Positions 12,833 through 25,728 of a stretch of 64,000 nt of DNA are shown here, in pieces; position 1 is the first letter of the stretch, and every line of letters begins with the position of its first letter. The notes under the pieces were generated by a model, which did not search any database, was not told where the DNA came from, and worked only from the letters and a program-made list of their open reading frames with translations. Source of the stretch: Octopus bimaculoides (Eukaryota); contig NC_068982.1 in NCBI RefSeq assembly GCF_001194135.2, positions 148,175,523-148,239,522 on the forward strand. Direction: 5' to 3'. The translations under genes were made by a program, and so were the position numbers.

Positions 12833-13365
12833 ATACACCGATAATCCATATGACATTATTAATAAAATTTAAATACATACAATAAATAGATACAATAAAT
12901 GCTTAAATGCGCGAAACGCTTAGCGGTATTTCGCCTGTTTTTATGTTCTGAGTTCAAATTCCACCGAGGTCGACTTTGCTTTTCATCTTTTCGGGGTTGA
13001 TAAATTAAGTACCAGTTGCGTACTGGATCAATCTTATCAACTGGCCCCCTCCCCAGAAATTTCGGTCCTTATGCCTAAAGTAAAAAAGAATCGTTAGCTC
13101 GGCGCGGCATTTTATCTGTCTGTGCATTCTGAGTTCAAATACTGCCGGGATGGTAATCTACCTTAGAGAAAGAAATCCTCCAAAGTAAAACCTGAGGTCT
13201 TGGAAGTTCCCGGTTTTGTCAATTCTCATGTCACAGCGGTGAAAATTTTCTTGGACCAATTGGTGAGCGTAATGCAGTACAACTTACAACCACCGAAAAT
13301 TATTTATCTGCACAGGTACTTCTTGGACACCGAATTTTAGTCAAATCATTGAATGAATGTATGTA

Positions 13366-13820
13366 TAGGCATAGGTGTGGCTGTGTGGTAAATAGCTTGC
13401 TTACAAACCACATGATTCCGGGTTCAGTCCTACTACGTGACAAATTAGGCAAGTGTCGACCAAAGTCTTGTGAGTGGACTTGGTAGACGGAAACTGAAAG
13501 AAGCCCATCGTATATATGGTTCCAGTATATATGGTTCCGACGACAATGGTTCCAGTTAATCTGACCAACAGAACAGCCTGCTCGTGAAATTAACGTGTAA
13601 GTGGTTGAGCACTCTACATGTGTGTATGTTTGTGTGTCTGAGTTTGTCCCCAACATCGCCTGACAACCGATGCTGGTGTGTTTACGTCTCCGTAACTTAG
13701 CGGTTCGGCAAAAGAGACCGATGAAATAAGTGCTAGGCTTACAAAGAATAAGACCTGGGGTCGATATGCTCGACTAAAGGCGGTGCTCCAGCATGGCCAC
13801 AGTCAAATGACAAACAAATA
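13366..13820 (+). mobile_element. SINE (ggagtggctgtgtggtaag family)
   Basis: Same head, body and tail as 9372-9897. Confidence 0.85.
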
Positions 13821-13857
13821 AATGGGCAAATGAGTGTGTATGTATGCATGCATGCAT

Positions 13858-13900
<43 letters not shown>

Positions 13901-14083
13901 GTGTATATATCCACATATATGTAGATAGGCATATATAGATATACATATGTGTGTGTGCGTGCATATGCATAAATCGAAATGGCTCATATTCTGTATAAGT
14001 GTATGTAAAATGAAATCTGGTTAGGAAGGAGCTTCTGTAGTTTGATAAAATAAAAGTAGGAAGCAATGAAACTTAAAACTTAC

Positions 14084-14175
14084 AGGTGTAAATTGAGTCG
14101 TAAATACAAACACACACCTACAAAAGGGCAGTGGCAACTGAATATATTCGGTTACGCCAGTCAGTCATATATAAG
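14084..14175 (-). promoter_or_regulatory. Gene 1 putative core promoter (TATA ~14173, Inr TCAGTT +1 ~14139) and non-coding first exon ending 14084
   Basis: Minus strand reads CTTATATATG...TCAGTT...TTTACACCT|gtaagt. The same layout and spacing occur at 39946-40040. Confidence 0.65.
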
Positions 14176-14997
14176 CATGTGCATACGTACACAGTCTGTT
14201 TATTGATCCATTTCTGCTTCTTTGTATCTGCTGCAGATACTTTTTCTTGACCTGTATGAATGTGTGTGTATGCGTTTGTATGTGTGTGTGTGTGTGTGTG
14301 TGTTTGTGTGTGTGTGCGTGTGTATGCGTGTGTGTGTGTGTGTCGGTGTTTTAAGCGAGAGGACACACAAAAAACATAGTAAGTGTGAAAATACTGTCAA
14401 AATTTAGCTGCTTTCACAGTAATACGAGCATTACATGACATTAATCATAACAAAATCTTCGTTTATATAAATAAATGTCATTGTTGTGAAGGATCAATTT
14501 GAATATTTTGCGCTTTTGCTTTACATTTTCCACAAATATTCAATATTTTGATTTCTACGAAAGAAGTTTCTGAGAAAAATTCCTTTCTCAACCCACCCCA
14601 ACCATCCACACACTCACTCACTCACTCAGTCATTGTTCTCTTAAGGGTGAAGAACTTTGAAAAAAAAATAGAATGAGAAACTACGGTAGCATCCACAGAT
14701 TTTTGACACTTTCCAGTATAACATTTATTTTCATGTCTAATCTTGTTTCTACCATCTTTGTATCTTTATATCGATTTGTACAATTTAAAAAATATTTTTC
14801 AACGAAAATATATAAAATAATCACTGTTCGTGAATTCTAATTTGAATTCTATCATGCAAGATAAAAATGAAGTTGGTTTGTGATATAACGGAAATAACTT
14901 TTCTCTGAGAATTGATTCAATATTTCGAAACTGATTATCGCTTTATGTTCATTGATTTAATCAGCAGGCTAAAGATTTGGTAAATAACTAAACAACA

Positions 14998-15496
14998 TAG
15001 GCGCAGAAGTGGCTGTGTGGTAAGCAGCTTGCTTACCAACCGCATAGTTCCGGGTTCATTCCCACTGCGTGACACCTTGGGCAAGTGTCTTCTACTATAG
15101 CCGCGGGCTGATCAAAGCCTTGTGAGTGGATTTGGTACACGGAAAATGAAAGAATCACGTGGTATACATATATATATATATATATATTATTTTGCTTAAA
15201 AGAGTTCCAACACTGTCTGTTTTTTATGTTTTATTTATATTCCTGCAGAACTAATGTGGGGTATAGAATATGGAATATACAATATATAATATAATATACA
15301 ATATATAATATAGAATAAAATAAAAATGGATGGCACCATGAAATAAAGTATTGAATGTAGATGAAATATTGAGTGTTCAATATAAAGGATCAAATATATA
15401 AATATATAAATATAAATATATATATATANNNNNNNNNNNNNNNNNNNNNNNNNNNNNNNNNNNNNNNNNNNNNNNNNNNNNNNNNNNNNNNNNNNN

Positions 15497-15528
<32 letters not shown>

Positions 15529-15737
15529 TGTGTCTGTGTTTGTCCCCCCAACATCGCCTGACAACCGATGCTGGTGTGTTTACGTCCCCGTAACTTAGCG
15601 GTTCGGCAAAGGAGACCGATAGAATAAGTACTAGGCTTACAAATAATAAATCCTGGGGTCAATTTTCTCGACTAAAGGCAGTGCTCCAGCATGGCCACAG
15701 TCAAATGACTGAAACAAATAAAAGAGTAAAAGAGAGT
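14998..15737 (+). mobile_element. SINE copy with an internal AT-rich insert
   Basis: Head at 14998; body and tail at 15530-15737. Confidence 0.8.
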
Positions 15738-16506
15738 AAGAATAATATGGTTCTTAAGTCTATTTTATCCTAAACAAACCTGTACTTTGCTTTACTGCTG
15801 AAGCAAAAAAAACAAAACAATTTAAAGGAGTTCCAAATATAAAAAAAAATATGTCTTTGCTGTCATTTAACTTCTAAATTTGTTCAGTAATTCTTCATCG
15901 AAATCCCATTATTTTATTCCCTATTCTTTCGCTTCCGTTGTTATACTTCTTTAGTTCGAAATTTGTACCGCATGGAAACATTATCGCGGTTCCCCTATTT
16001 TCAGTATGTGCTATATGTGACTTAGATCCCAGATGGCTGAGTCTATATGTTTGGAATCCACGTGGTCACATGCTATAGAGGTTTGCACACACACACGAAC
16101 CACCGTCACACAGTCTTAGGAGACACCCGATTCATTCGACTGGATGATAAGAAAAGAACTTCCATTGTAGTTTCAGGAGACGATTTCCCATCTTAGTTCA
16201 AACGACTTGATTTTACATATCGAAAAGGCAAATATTTTCAACTGCCCGTTTAAACCTTGAAAAGCAAAGCTTCACCCACGATCAGCTTTACGTTGGATGC
16301 TGAAGAAGAGAAATAAAGAAAAATCTTTAGATCTATAATCTAAAAGAAACAAAAAAAAAACTTCGTTTATCGAGACATAACGCCCAAATAATGCAGCAAT
16401 CCCTCCTGATGAAAACGCCTAACCACCGGCAAGGCATAGAATAAAAAATTGAAATAAAAGCATTCTATAAAAAAAATTGATCGGACACTGATGGTCTACT
16501 CTGCTA

Positions 16507-16541
<35 letters not shown>

Positions 16542-17839
16542 ATATAGTCATGAGCTACTAAAAATTTCATACATTGGCGATGGTATTTTGGCAGGCTTTG
16601 ATAACGCACCCACTGTCTCCAACCAATGTCAATCACTGAGCTCATGGGCCTATACAAATCAGGAGAAGAGAACAAAAGGAATCATGAGATAAAAACGAGA
16701 GGAGGGTGAATACAAAAAGTGGATAGGGGGGAAAACACAGAAAAAGAACAGAAAGAGAATGAGAGCCTTATCCCCGAATCGGTTTCGATTTCTGGATTAA
16801 TCCAAAAAGGATTTTTCCTTTATCAGCGAGGAACACAAAATGAAAATTAATGAAATAAGACATACCCACGGAAAGGCAAATGCAAAGTCATTAATACATT
16901 TAAGTACCCCAAATATATCCAAATGGGTGTGTCTAAGTATTTCATTTATTTTCATTTCTTGTTCCTCACTGAAGAAAGAAAAATCCTTTCTGGGATCTAT
17001 TTTAAAACGGGGGCCACAGTATTTTCTTAACGAAACACTTTGAAACTTGGAACACTGGTAGAATGTGTCATATAAAACATCTTTTTCTCTTAGTTTTCTT
17101 TAAAAAAANNNNNNNNNNNNNNNNNNNNNNNNNNNNNNNNNNNNNNNNNNNNNNNNNNNNNNNNNNNNNNNNNNNNNNNNNNNNNNNNNNNNNNNNNNNN
17201 NNNNNNNNNNNNNNNNNNNNNNNNNNNNNNNNNNNNNNNNNNNNNNNNNNNNNNNNNNNNNNNNNNNNNNNNNNNNNNNNNNNNNNNNNNNNNNNNNNNN
17301 NNNNNNNNNNNNNNNNNNNNNNNNNNNNNNNNNNNNNNNNNNNNNNNNNNNNNNNNNNNNNNNNNNNNNNNNNNNNNNNNNNNNNNNNNNNNNNNNNNNN
17401 NNNNNNNNNNNNNNNNNNNNNNNNNNNNNNNNNNNNNNNNNNNNNNNNNNNNNNNNNNNNNNNNNNNNNNNNNNNNNNNNNNNNNNNNNNNNNNNNNNNN
17501 NNNNNNNNNNNNNNNNNNNNNNNNNNNNNNNNNNNNNNNNNNNNNNNNNNNNNNNNNNNNNNNNNNNNNNNNNNNNNNNNNNNNNNNNNNNNNNNNNNNN
17601 NNNNNNNNNNNNNNNNNNNNNNNNNNNNNNNNNNNNNNNNNNNNNNNNNNNNNNNNNNNNNNNNNNNNNNNNNNNNNNNNNNNNNNNNNNNNNNNNNNNN
17701 NNNNNNNNNNNNNNNNNNNNNNNNNNNNNNNNNNNNNNNNNNNNNNNNNNNNNNNNNNNNNNNNNNNNNNNNNNNNNNNNNNNNNNNNNNNNNNNNNNNN
17801 NNNNNNNNNNNNNNNNNNNNNNNNNNNNNNNNNNNNNNN

Positions 17840-17897
<58 letters not shown>

Positions 17898-18339
17898 TAT
17901 GCACTTGCATAGCAAGTGACCTGATCTGAGATCGTGTACTGGATGGGCTACCTGGTGTTATCCACGGTTGGGTTATATTTCCCCTGGGTCTACTTCAGGA
18001 ATTAGTTGAGATAGTAATATTTGATGAAGGTTGGAAAATAGATTTGGTACCAGTCTTTATTCAGTACGACGATTGTTTCGAATCATCCTGCAAATGTCCT
18101 GTATGGGTAGGATTTTGTGCATCTAAATATGGTGCACCAGTCTGTGCAATTTGTGTTACATCAGGTACGTGCATAAAGAAGGGGATGTTCCAGTAAAGAA
18201 ACTGAGATGTCCTAGGTATGTTGTTCCTGCTTGCTGAATCTTGGTTATGACTGGCTAACGGCTTTCCGTGGGTTTATAAAGTATGAAGCAAAGTGATAAA
18301 ATATAGAGAATACAATTTAATAAAGAAAGATTAGATTTT

Positions 18340-18717
18340 GGTTAACGGGGAAGGTGTGCATTCCCGATTATGAACACACACTCACACAAGCGTACAGATA
18401 CACACACATTCACCTACACACCACGCACGCACATCGTAAATTACAGACACATAATTGTAGAAGAAAGAGAGTAAAATTGTCAAACAAGATTACATTAAGA
18501 TTAAGGGGCAGAATTCTACGTTCATTGGGCATATACACATATATAGGGAGAATTCACAAAAGAAAAACAAAAGACGAAGACAGGTGGTGTAGACAACAAA
18601 CAGATGTATTAGTATAACGCTCGGGGTGTGAAAAGTCTTTGACATTTCGAGCCTACGCTCTTCTGCAGAGAGGAACACAGGAAGAAACAAGGAGAAAAAA
18701 TAAAGAGAGATGTAGTG

Positions 18718-18720
<3 letters not shown>
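18340..18720. mobile_element. Penelope-LTR-like dispersed repeat (related pieces at 5560-5645 and 56150-56315)
   Basis: Shared tgtattagt(a/t)taacgctcggg...tttcgagcctacgctcttc block. Confidence 0.55.
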
Positions 18721-18760
<40 letters not shown>

Positions 18761-19149
18761 TGTGTGTATCACCCCTATCTTTTATCTCACATCCCACTGC
18801 AAAGTAGGATCAGTTGCAGATAACCACTCTCTGGTGGCGGGTGTTAGCAGACATACACACATGTACACTGGAATTTTTATGTATACACAAAGCCGCATAT
18901 ATATGCATATGTACATTTAAGCATTCATTTGTTTATCTATTTTTGTATCTGTTTAATCTTAGTGGCATGCTGGCGTTCTAATGTAGGGCACTGTAAAATA
19001 GTTGTTTGCATTTGCACGTTGACGCATTCGTATGCGTATTTCCTCAGTGCATTCAAAACATCCATTTACACGAGAGCCCACTGGTGGTGGCCAATATTAC
19101 AGGTGTCGCTCTGCATCTTATAAAGAGTATTTATGTATCTATCCATTTA

Positions 19150-19666
19150 TTACATGAAAAAATGCGAGCATGAAAAGTAATATTCTTAAGATTATTAACC
19201 TGGAAACGTACAGGACAAGTTATTACACCTGGAAAAGTATCGGAGAAGCTGTTACTTCTAGTAAAGTAAAGAATAAGAAACTATTGACTTAAAATATTGC
19301 AGCAAAGAATGCCAGTTCTTCTAATTTATCATTCTTTACTGTTCTCATTTTTTAAATTTATTGTTCAAAACTGTTCATCTAATTTGTAAGTTTGCGTAAT
19401 TAGTCACTTTTTCTCTATTTAAGGTAGTAAATTAGCAAAATTCTACTTAATTAAGTATAGCATTATTTGTAAACTATAATAAATGAGTTTTAATATTCAA
19501 ATTTTAACTTTAGCTGCAATATTTTAATTAAAATGTTTCTTATTCTTTACTTTACTAGAAGTAACAGCTCCTCCCATACTTTTCCAGGCGTAATAACTTG
19601 TCCTGTACTTTTCCAGGTTTATAATCTTATGAATATTACTTTCCATGCTCGCATTTTTCCATGTAA
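19150..19666. mobile_element. MITE-like foldback element with long terminal inverted repeats
   Basis: ttacatgaaaaaatgcgagc...gtaaagaataagaaac is mirrored by gtttcttattctttac...gctcgcatttttccatgtaa (arms about 145 bp or more). Confidence 0.85.
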
Positions 19667-20482
19667 TCCATGATTTTTCCAGGCATTTCTGTTATAAGAT
19701 AATTAATAATGTGTCAATTAATAATTTAAGATTTTACCTTATAAAATACTGAAGGATATTTCAATTTTTCCATGTAAGTGATGATAATATTTTAATTTTT
19801 TTCGTGTTTAATTTAAATATATGTTGTTATTGAATTATTTGATGTTACCCATCCACACCAAACTAATGGCAGGGATTTTTACCATGTTGTTGGTTGCGCC
19901 ATGGCTCACCAAAAGTTACAAACAACAAGACCCCAAGACCATCAGTTACCAGGCTCACCTTAAGTAACCTAATTTTGCAATATTAGGAGGTCACAGGAAT
20001 TCATCCAACAAAATAAACTTCCATTGATTCCGGGATTGTAATATGCATAAATATCATCGGCAGAAGTTAGAGAGTTTCGTGTATTGGCAGTTATCAAACA
20101 CGAATTTGTCCATTGTCACTCAGTAACTTCTGACGAAATAACGTCTAAAATACAAAATTTTGTCAAAAACGTTAAGAGTAAACCCACTTCTATGTGACAC
20201 ATTCTACCAGTATCGGAAGTTTGAAAGTGTTTAGTTAAAAAAAAAAAATAATTAAATAATCTGTACGTTAAAGCCGACCTCGGCGACATTTGAACTTAAG
20301 AGACAAACGAAACACTACTAGGCATTTCAACTGGTGCACTAACGTTTCTGCCAGCTCGCCGCCTTAGAAGGGAAAGCATTCATTTTAGAAATATATTCTT
20401 TATTCTTATTGCTTAAGCGTTACTCCCTTACTGACATTAAATTTCGTCGCATTTTACCTCATAACTGTTTTACTACTAATTT

Positions 20483-21010
20483 TTGTTCAATCTGACTAAC
20501 GATTCTGGCCGCCTTCCACATCATGCTACCCTTAACAAGATGATTAAGCATTGCCTATACGCCGCAGACTTCCCTTCCCAGCTCGAACCAGTGGGACTAG
20601 ACCGAGGGCACGGTAGAAGGCCGGACGATATGACAATTTTCCAGTTCCGTGGTGGTACTGCCCTCATCTGGGAGGTCACATGTTGTAACAACTTCTATAG
20701 CGGCAACTTGGTGTTGTCAGCTACCAGCCCAGGCTCTACTGCTTGTCAGGCTGAGATAATAAAAAAAAAGACTGTCCAGGCATCGGCTACTCTCCGACAG
20801 GTTTATTGTCAATCCCATGGAAGAGACCTCCGGCGTTCTTGTCCCTGGACCATATCTCTACTCGCAGCTATTGGGGCAGAGATTGCTGACCGTAAGAGTG
20901 AGCCTTGTGAGTCAGAGTGGCTGTTTCAGCACATCTTCGCCATCCTCCGGGGCAACGCCTTGTTCATTTTGTCTCCTGGTGCCATGAGAAATATTTTCAT
21001 ATTGTGAGAG
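20483..21010 (+). mobile_element. Non-LTR retrotransposon C-terminal fragment with restriction-like endonuclease (CRE-like)
   Basis: LEPVGLDRGHGRRPDDMTIFQFRGGTALIWEVT matches the EP..L...DG.RPD...P...G..L.WD.T pattern. Confidence 0.7.
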
Positions 21011-21438
21011 GTAAGGTTCTCCGTTCAGTGGAATAACATCTGATAAGGCTCTGACGACGTTATCTGCTAAATAGTTATTTTCTTTAGAAATATGTAAGCT
21101 TAAACAAATACATACATACACACAATGATCCAAGCTGAAGTCATTAATTAGGTTATAGATAAGTGGGTAACTTAATTTGTATATTCGAGCAGAACACAAC
21201 GTAAATAAAATCCGAAGTAAATTTAAATATTATGAATGTTCACTGTGGAATAAGAATGCGAACTCATTTCTTCTATACTATTGAATTTTGTCAAAGAGTG
21301 GGAGTCTCACGACTTATCAGTGACATTGATCGAGAAAAGAAGATCAGGAAGTCTTCTGTAATGAACGCTCAAGAAATTGTAAAATTCTTCTTCGACGATG
21401 CCTTTCTATTTTTGCACTTCCATAATGTAGCAGTACTA

Positions 21439-22580
21439 TACGAAGTAGTATTAAAAAGTTCCCGGACTAATTCTGCTGCGCACCAACAGATGGCAGTAGA
21501 CGGCTGTGTGCGCAATAAGACCTAGCGGGAACCTTGATGGGGCATTGTGTCAAGTGACATCGCTGTGTTTACTTCCTAACTTGTGAAAGTTGTGCTTTTC
21601 TAACCACGTGTATGCTGTAGTCTGCAACTTTTGTCATGGACAATAAGTTGGAGCAAAGAGTCAACGTGAAAGTTTACATTAAGCTTAGACATTGAGCATG
21701 CTTCGGCAAGCTTACAGCGACGAGGCAATTGGTTGTACGCAATGTTTCGAGTGGTACGGGCGCTTCAAAAACAGAAGATCCTTGGAAAGCGATGAGCGAT
21801 CTGGAAAACCTGTCACGAGCTTCACCCCCAGAAATGTGGAGAAAATTCACCAGCTTGTGCATGAGGACCGTCGGAGGACAATCAAAGACATTGCTAATGA
21901 TGTTGGCATATCGTATAGGTCCATGCAGGCAATATTAACGTCTGGATTCTTCACCCCGTCACCGAGTTTTCCTGTCACGGAACTTTCCTCATTCGTGAGT
22001 TTCGGTGCCATGTCTTTTTGTCAAACGTCTTTTCGTCCGACGTCTGTTTTTCCGATGATTTTTTTTGTTCAACGACAAATCCTATCAATAAAATTGTCAA
22101 TGATTATTTGATTTTGATGTTCACCTTGTTTTCTAAAGGGTTTATTTAAAATTGGACAAGAATTCTTTGGACAAAAAATCATCGGACAAAATGACTTCGG
22201 ACCAAAAGACGTAGACGAAGTGACATTGAACAAAGTGACATCGGACGAAAAGTTGGGTCACGGTGACGTTCTCGCTAAAAACGTGGTATCGCTTCCGCAT
22301 CCGCTCTATCCGCCGGATTTAACGCCTGCGGACTTCTATCTCTTCCTCAAGATGAAAAGGCAGCTCAAAGGTGTTGATACCGTTCTGAAGATCAAGAGCG
22401 AATCGCAGAAGGTCACGACTAGCTTACAGAAAACGACTTCCTGGTCGGATTTCAAAAGTAACAGGAGCGCGGGGACTGGTGTATTGCTGAGCAATTTCGA
22501 AGGAGATAATATTAAAACTTAGGTAAATAAATAATTTTTTTATTAAGCATAACTAGTCCGGGAACTCTTTGGAACTTCCG
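21439..22580 (+). mobile_element. Internally deleted mariner transposon
   Basis: TIRs aaaaagttcccggact / agtccgggaactcttt. HTH region FEWYGRFKNRRSLESDERSGKP and catalytic-end HPLYPPDLTPADFYLF. Confidence 0.85.
21951..22266. mobile_element. MITE with subterminal repeats nested in the mariner
   Basis: Ends ccgtcaccgagttttcc / gaaaagttgggtcacgg, with repeated tttcgtccg- and cggacgaaa-like units on opposite arms. Confidence 0.65.
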
Positions 22581-22729
22581 CATATATTTAAATGCATACT
22601 TACTCTCCTTCACGTACTGGAAACGATTTATATTATTTAAATTGACACCCACTTATGCCTTTACGCTGTGTGTGTGCGTGCGTGTGTGTGCAAGTGTATG
22701 TGTGCGTGTGTGCGCGCGTGTATTATGTG

Positions 22730-22962
22730 GTGGCAAGTGGCTTAGTGGTCAGAGTTTTGCATTCATGATTGTAAGTTTGAGGTTTCGAAACCTCGACCGG
22801 GCAATGCGTTGCGTTCTTAAGCAAAATACTTCGTTTCACGTTGCTCCAGCCCATTCAACAGGCAAATATGAGTTACCCTACGATGGACCAGCGACCTACC
22901 AGGAGGGGAATGTATACGCCTCAGATTCCAAGAAACCGGCTTTAAGACCCGATGGCTCTTGA
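22730..22962 (+). mobile_element. tRNA-derived SINE, degenerate (related copy 51425-51700)
   Basis: gtggcttagtggtcagagt...ggtttcgaaacc head. Confidence 0.6.
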
Positions 22963-23491
22963 ACATTGTAGGTTAAAACATTAACATTTATTAAATATGT
23001 TCATGTTTTAATCTACAATATTAAATTTTATCTTAAATATATATGAAAACCTTTATATTTTTCTTAAACTCAGTATATGATATATATATATCTTTGAATG
23101 TTTCGCTCGGGGAAATATCTTCTCCCCAATTAGCAGCTATTATAGGATGGAGTTTCCTGCTGTAGACGACAAATGCATCTTCAGCAACGTTTTAGCCTCA
23201 AAACTTGCACTGGTCATTTGTTTTTGTGATCAAATGATTGTAATGCACATTGGCTCACTTTCTCCTTCAAATTGACATTGCCTGAGATCGCAGACTACAT
23301 CGAGGTTGTTGTTATTATTATTGTAGTTCTGTATTCTGCCGTATTCCATTTAACGTCCAAAGTGCCTAGCTACAGTCATTTGTCTCATTAACTAATACAA
23401 AATAAACAGCATACATTTTATTTGTTTAATTAACGATAAAATCAAATTTCCTGAATAAAATTCAACTATCGTAATGATTGAAATACTCAAG

Positions 23492-23513
23492 TTTATTTTC
23501 AATATAATTTATT
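23492..23513 (-). terminator. Tandem AATAAA polyadenylation signals of gene 2 (putative)
   Basis: Two tttatt on the + strand (23492, 23508), conserved in an alignable block at 47118 and 47134 behind gene 3. Confidence 0.55.
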
Positions 23514-24185
23514 AAGCATTGATGATATTTTCACAACTATAAAAATATAAAAATAACAAGTTAAGTGTGTTGTTTCCTACAGAAATAAATTGGTTAGGTG
23601 TGTTGTTATCTTTCGCTTATACACTTATTGACTGAACATTGCACACTCACATTTTGGTCATTTGAAACTACGTAAAGCGGACCCAATTGTTTCATGCACA
23701 GTTCTTTAAGAAGTTATTATCATGCTACGAAGATTATTGCAGTTGTCATTTTATTTTAAATAACATTTAATGAAACAACTAAATTCACAATAACTCTATG
23801 TACTGATATGAATTAGAAGCATCTCGAAGTATGTAAACAAAATCGAACACACATGCACAAGGTGTGTGTGCTTTTAGTTCGTGCGTTGGCTGCATTTAAG
23901 GCTTAAGGGAAAATATTCTCAATGCGCTAGGTGTTTTTACTTTCAGGTGTTTTGAACACCTGGCGCATTGAGAATGTATTCCCTAGCAGCCGAACTACGA
24001 ACTAACGACACACCCTGTGTATATGCGTTCGATTTTGTCTATGTCCTGAATACTCATACATATCTTCAATCCTCGTTTTAATTTACGTTCACGCGCTCCG
24101 TGTATATTTTAAAACTGGTGTTAACTTGATTATTTGGACTCGTACCTATCTCTAGGTTCAAATATGGTGCATCAACGTTTTCATA

Positions 24186-24193
24186 TTAGCAAC
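24186..24193 (-). CDS. Gene 2 terminal coding exon: (G)C-stop, then 3' UTR
   Basis: Strong acceptor tttcttttcttttatctctctag|GT TGC TAA; paralogous to 47580-47590, and the downstream UTR is alignable. Confidence 0.8.
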
Positions 24194-25728
24194 CTAGAGA
24201 GATAAAAGAAAAGAAATAAAACATACTATTAATAATTGACAGTGAAATAGAGACTTCGGTTCAAACAATCAAATGTATGGCATGAAATGAATTAAATCAC
24301 ATATTAATGTAAAATATTCTTTTTTTTATTTTTGTAAAATGAAAATAAAACAAAAACTTATCTATAGTTCTATCAAGAACAGAAATGCGTGAGTAAGAAT
24401 CTTAACAAAGTCAAGCATAACATTAACACGTCATTAGTAATTTGTGAGTTATGCTCGGATAAGATAGCAATGAAAACTTCTCACTAACTATGTATCATCA
24501 TTATGTTAATATTTCATCTTCGCAAGGCGTCGCCTTGGCAGAATCGTTAGCACGTCGGGCGAAATGCTTAGCGGTATTTCGTTCTGAGTTCAAATTCCGC
24601 CGAGGTCGACTTTGCCTTTCATCCTTTCGGGGTCGATAAATTAAGTACCAGTTACGCACTGAGGTCGATGTAATCGACTTAATTCCGTTGCCTGCCCTTT
24701 ATTGTCCCCTCTATGTTTAGCCCCTTGTGGGTAATAAAGAGACAAGAATCGTTAGTACGCCGAGTAAAATGCTTAGCGGTGTTTTGTCCATTTTAAAGAT
24801 CTGAGTTCAAATTCTGCCAGAGTCAACTTTGCCTCCTTTTTTTTCCAGCTCAGTAAAACAAGTATGATTTGAGTATTGGAGTTGATGTAAGCGACTCACT
24901 CGCGTCCCCGAAAATTTCTGGCTTTGAACCAAAATTCGAAACCAACATTTCCTCTAGATTTGGGATCATCATGCAAACAAATCCAAATACTCGAATTATT
25001 GAAAATGTAAGTATTAGTGAAGTACTTCATTCATCATAATACTGAATATTTTTTTCTAGTCTAGGCACAAGGCTCGAAATTTTGGGGGAGGGGGCCAGTC
25101 GATTAGTACGACTCCAGTACGCAACTGGTACTTAATTTATCGACCACGAAAGATTTAACGGCAAAGTCGACCTCAGAGCAATTTTAACTCACAACGTTAA
25201 GACAGCCGTGCAACGTAAAGACAGTCGTACCAACGTTTCTACCAACTCACTACCTTCATAATACTGAATATTGATAAGGGACAGAAATTGATAAGCAGTT
25301 GTTAATTATTCAAAATATAGGTATGGATGATTCTACATTATATTTAAAAAGATTTGTTGGTTTAAAAAAAAAATGGATTTGCTTTTCCTTCGTCAGTATG
25401 CTTCAGATTAAACAGACAACAGTATATAAAGTTACCATGTTTGCAATTATCACAAAGACGTCTTTTTTTTTAATGCCTTATGACCATAAAATATTTTAGT
25501 GGTGAAGAGCATTATCTTAATGCATTTTCATTGAATATTGAATGACAGGCATATAGGTACTTGCAAAATGAAATTAATAAGGGAACGAGGTTAATGTAAG
25601 TGATTTCCAGTCTTTAATATCCTATCCAAAATCAGAGCACTTTAAATCGAAGAAAGGCTCATCTAACATCCTTGCTGTTAGAAACAAATTACAAACATAA
25701 TGCGCTAAAGTAATCCATTTCGTCATAT

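Noticed and set aside
17063-17929. Long ORFs in the track (also 26965-28011, 46172-47078, 48215-48894, 56696-57369, 7978-8694)
   Set aside because: They run through N gaps and (TA)n/(CA)n/(GA)n tracts and carry no coding signal.
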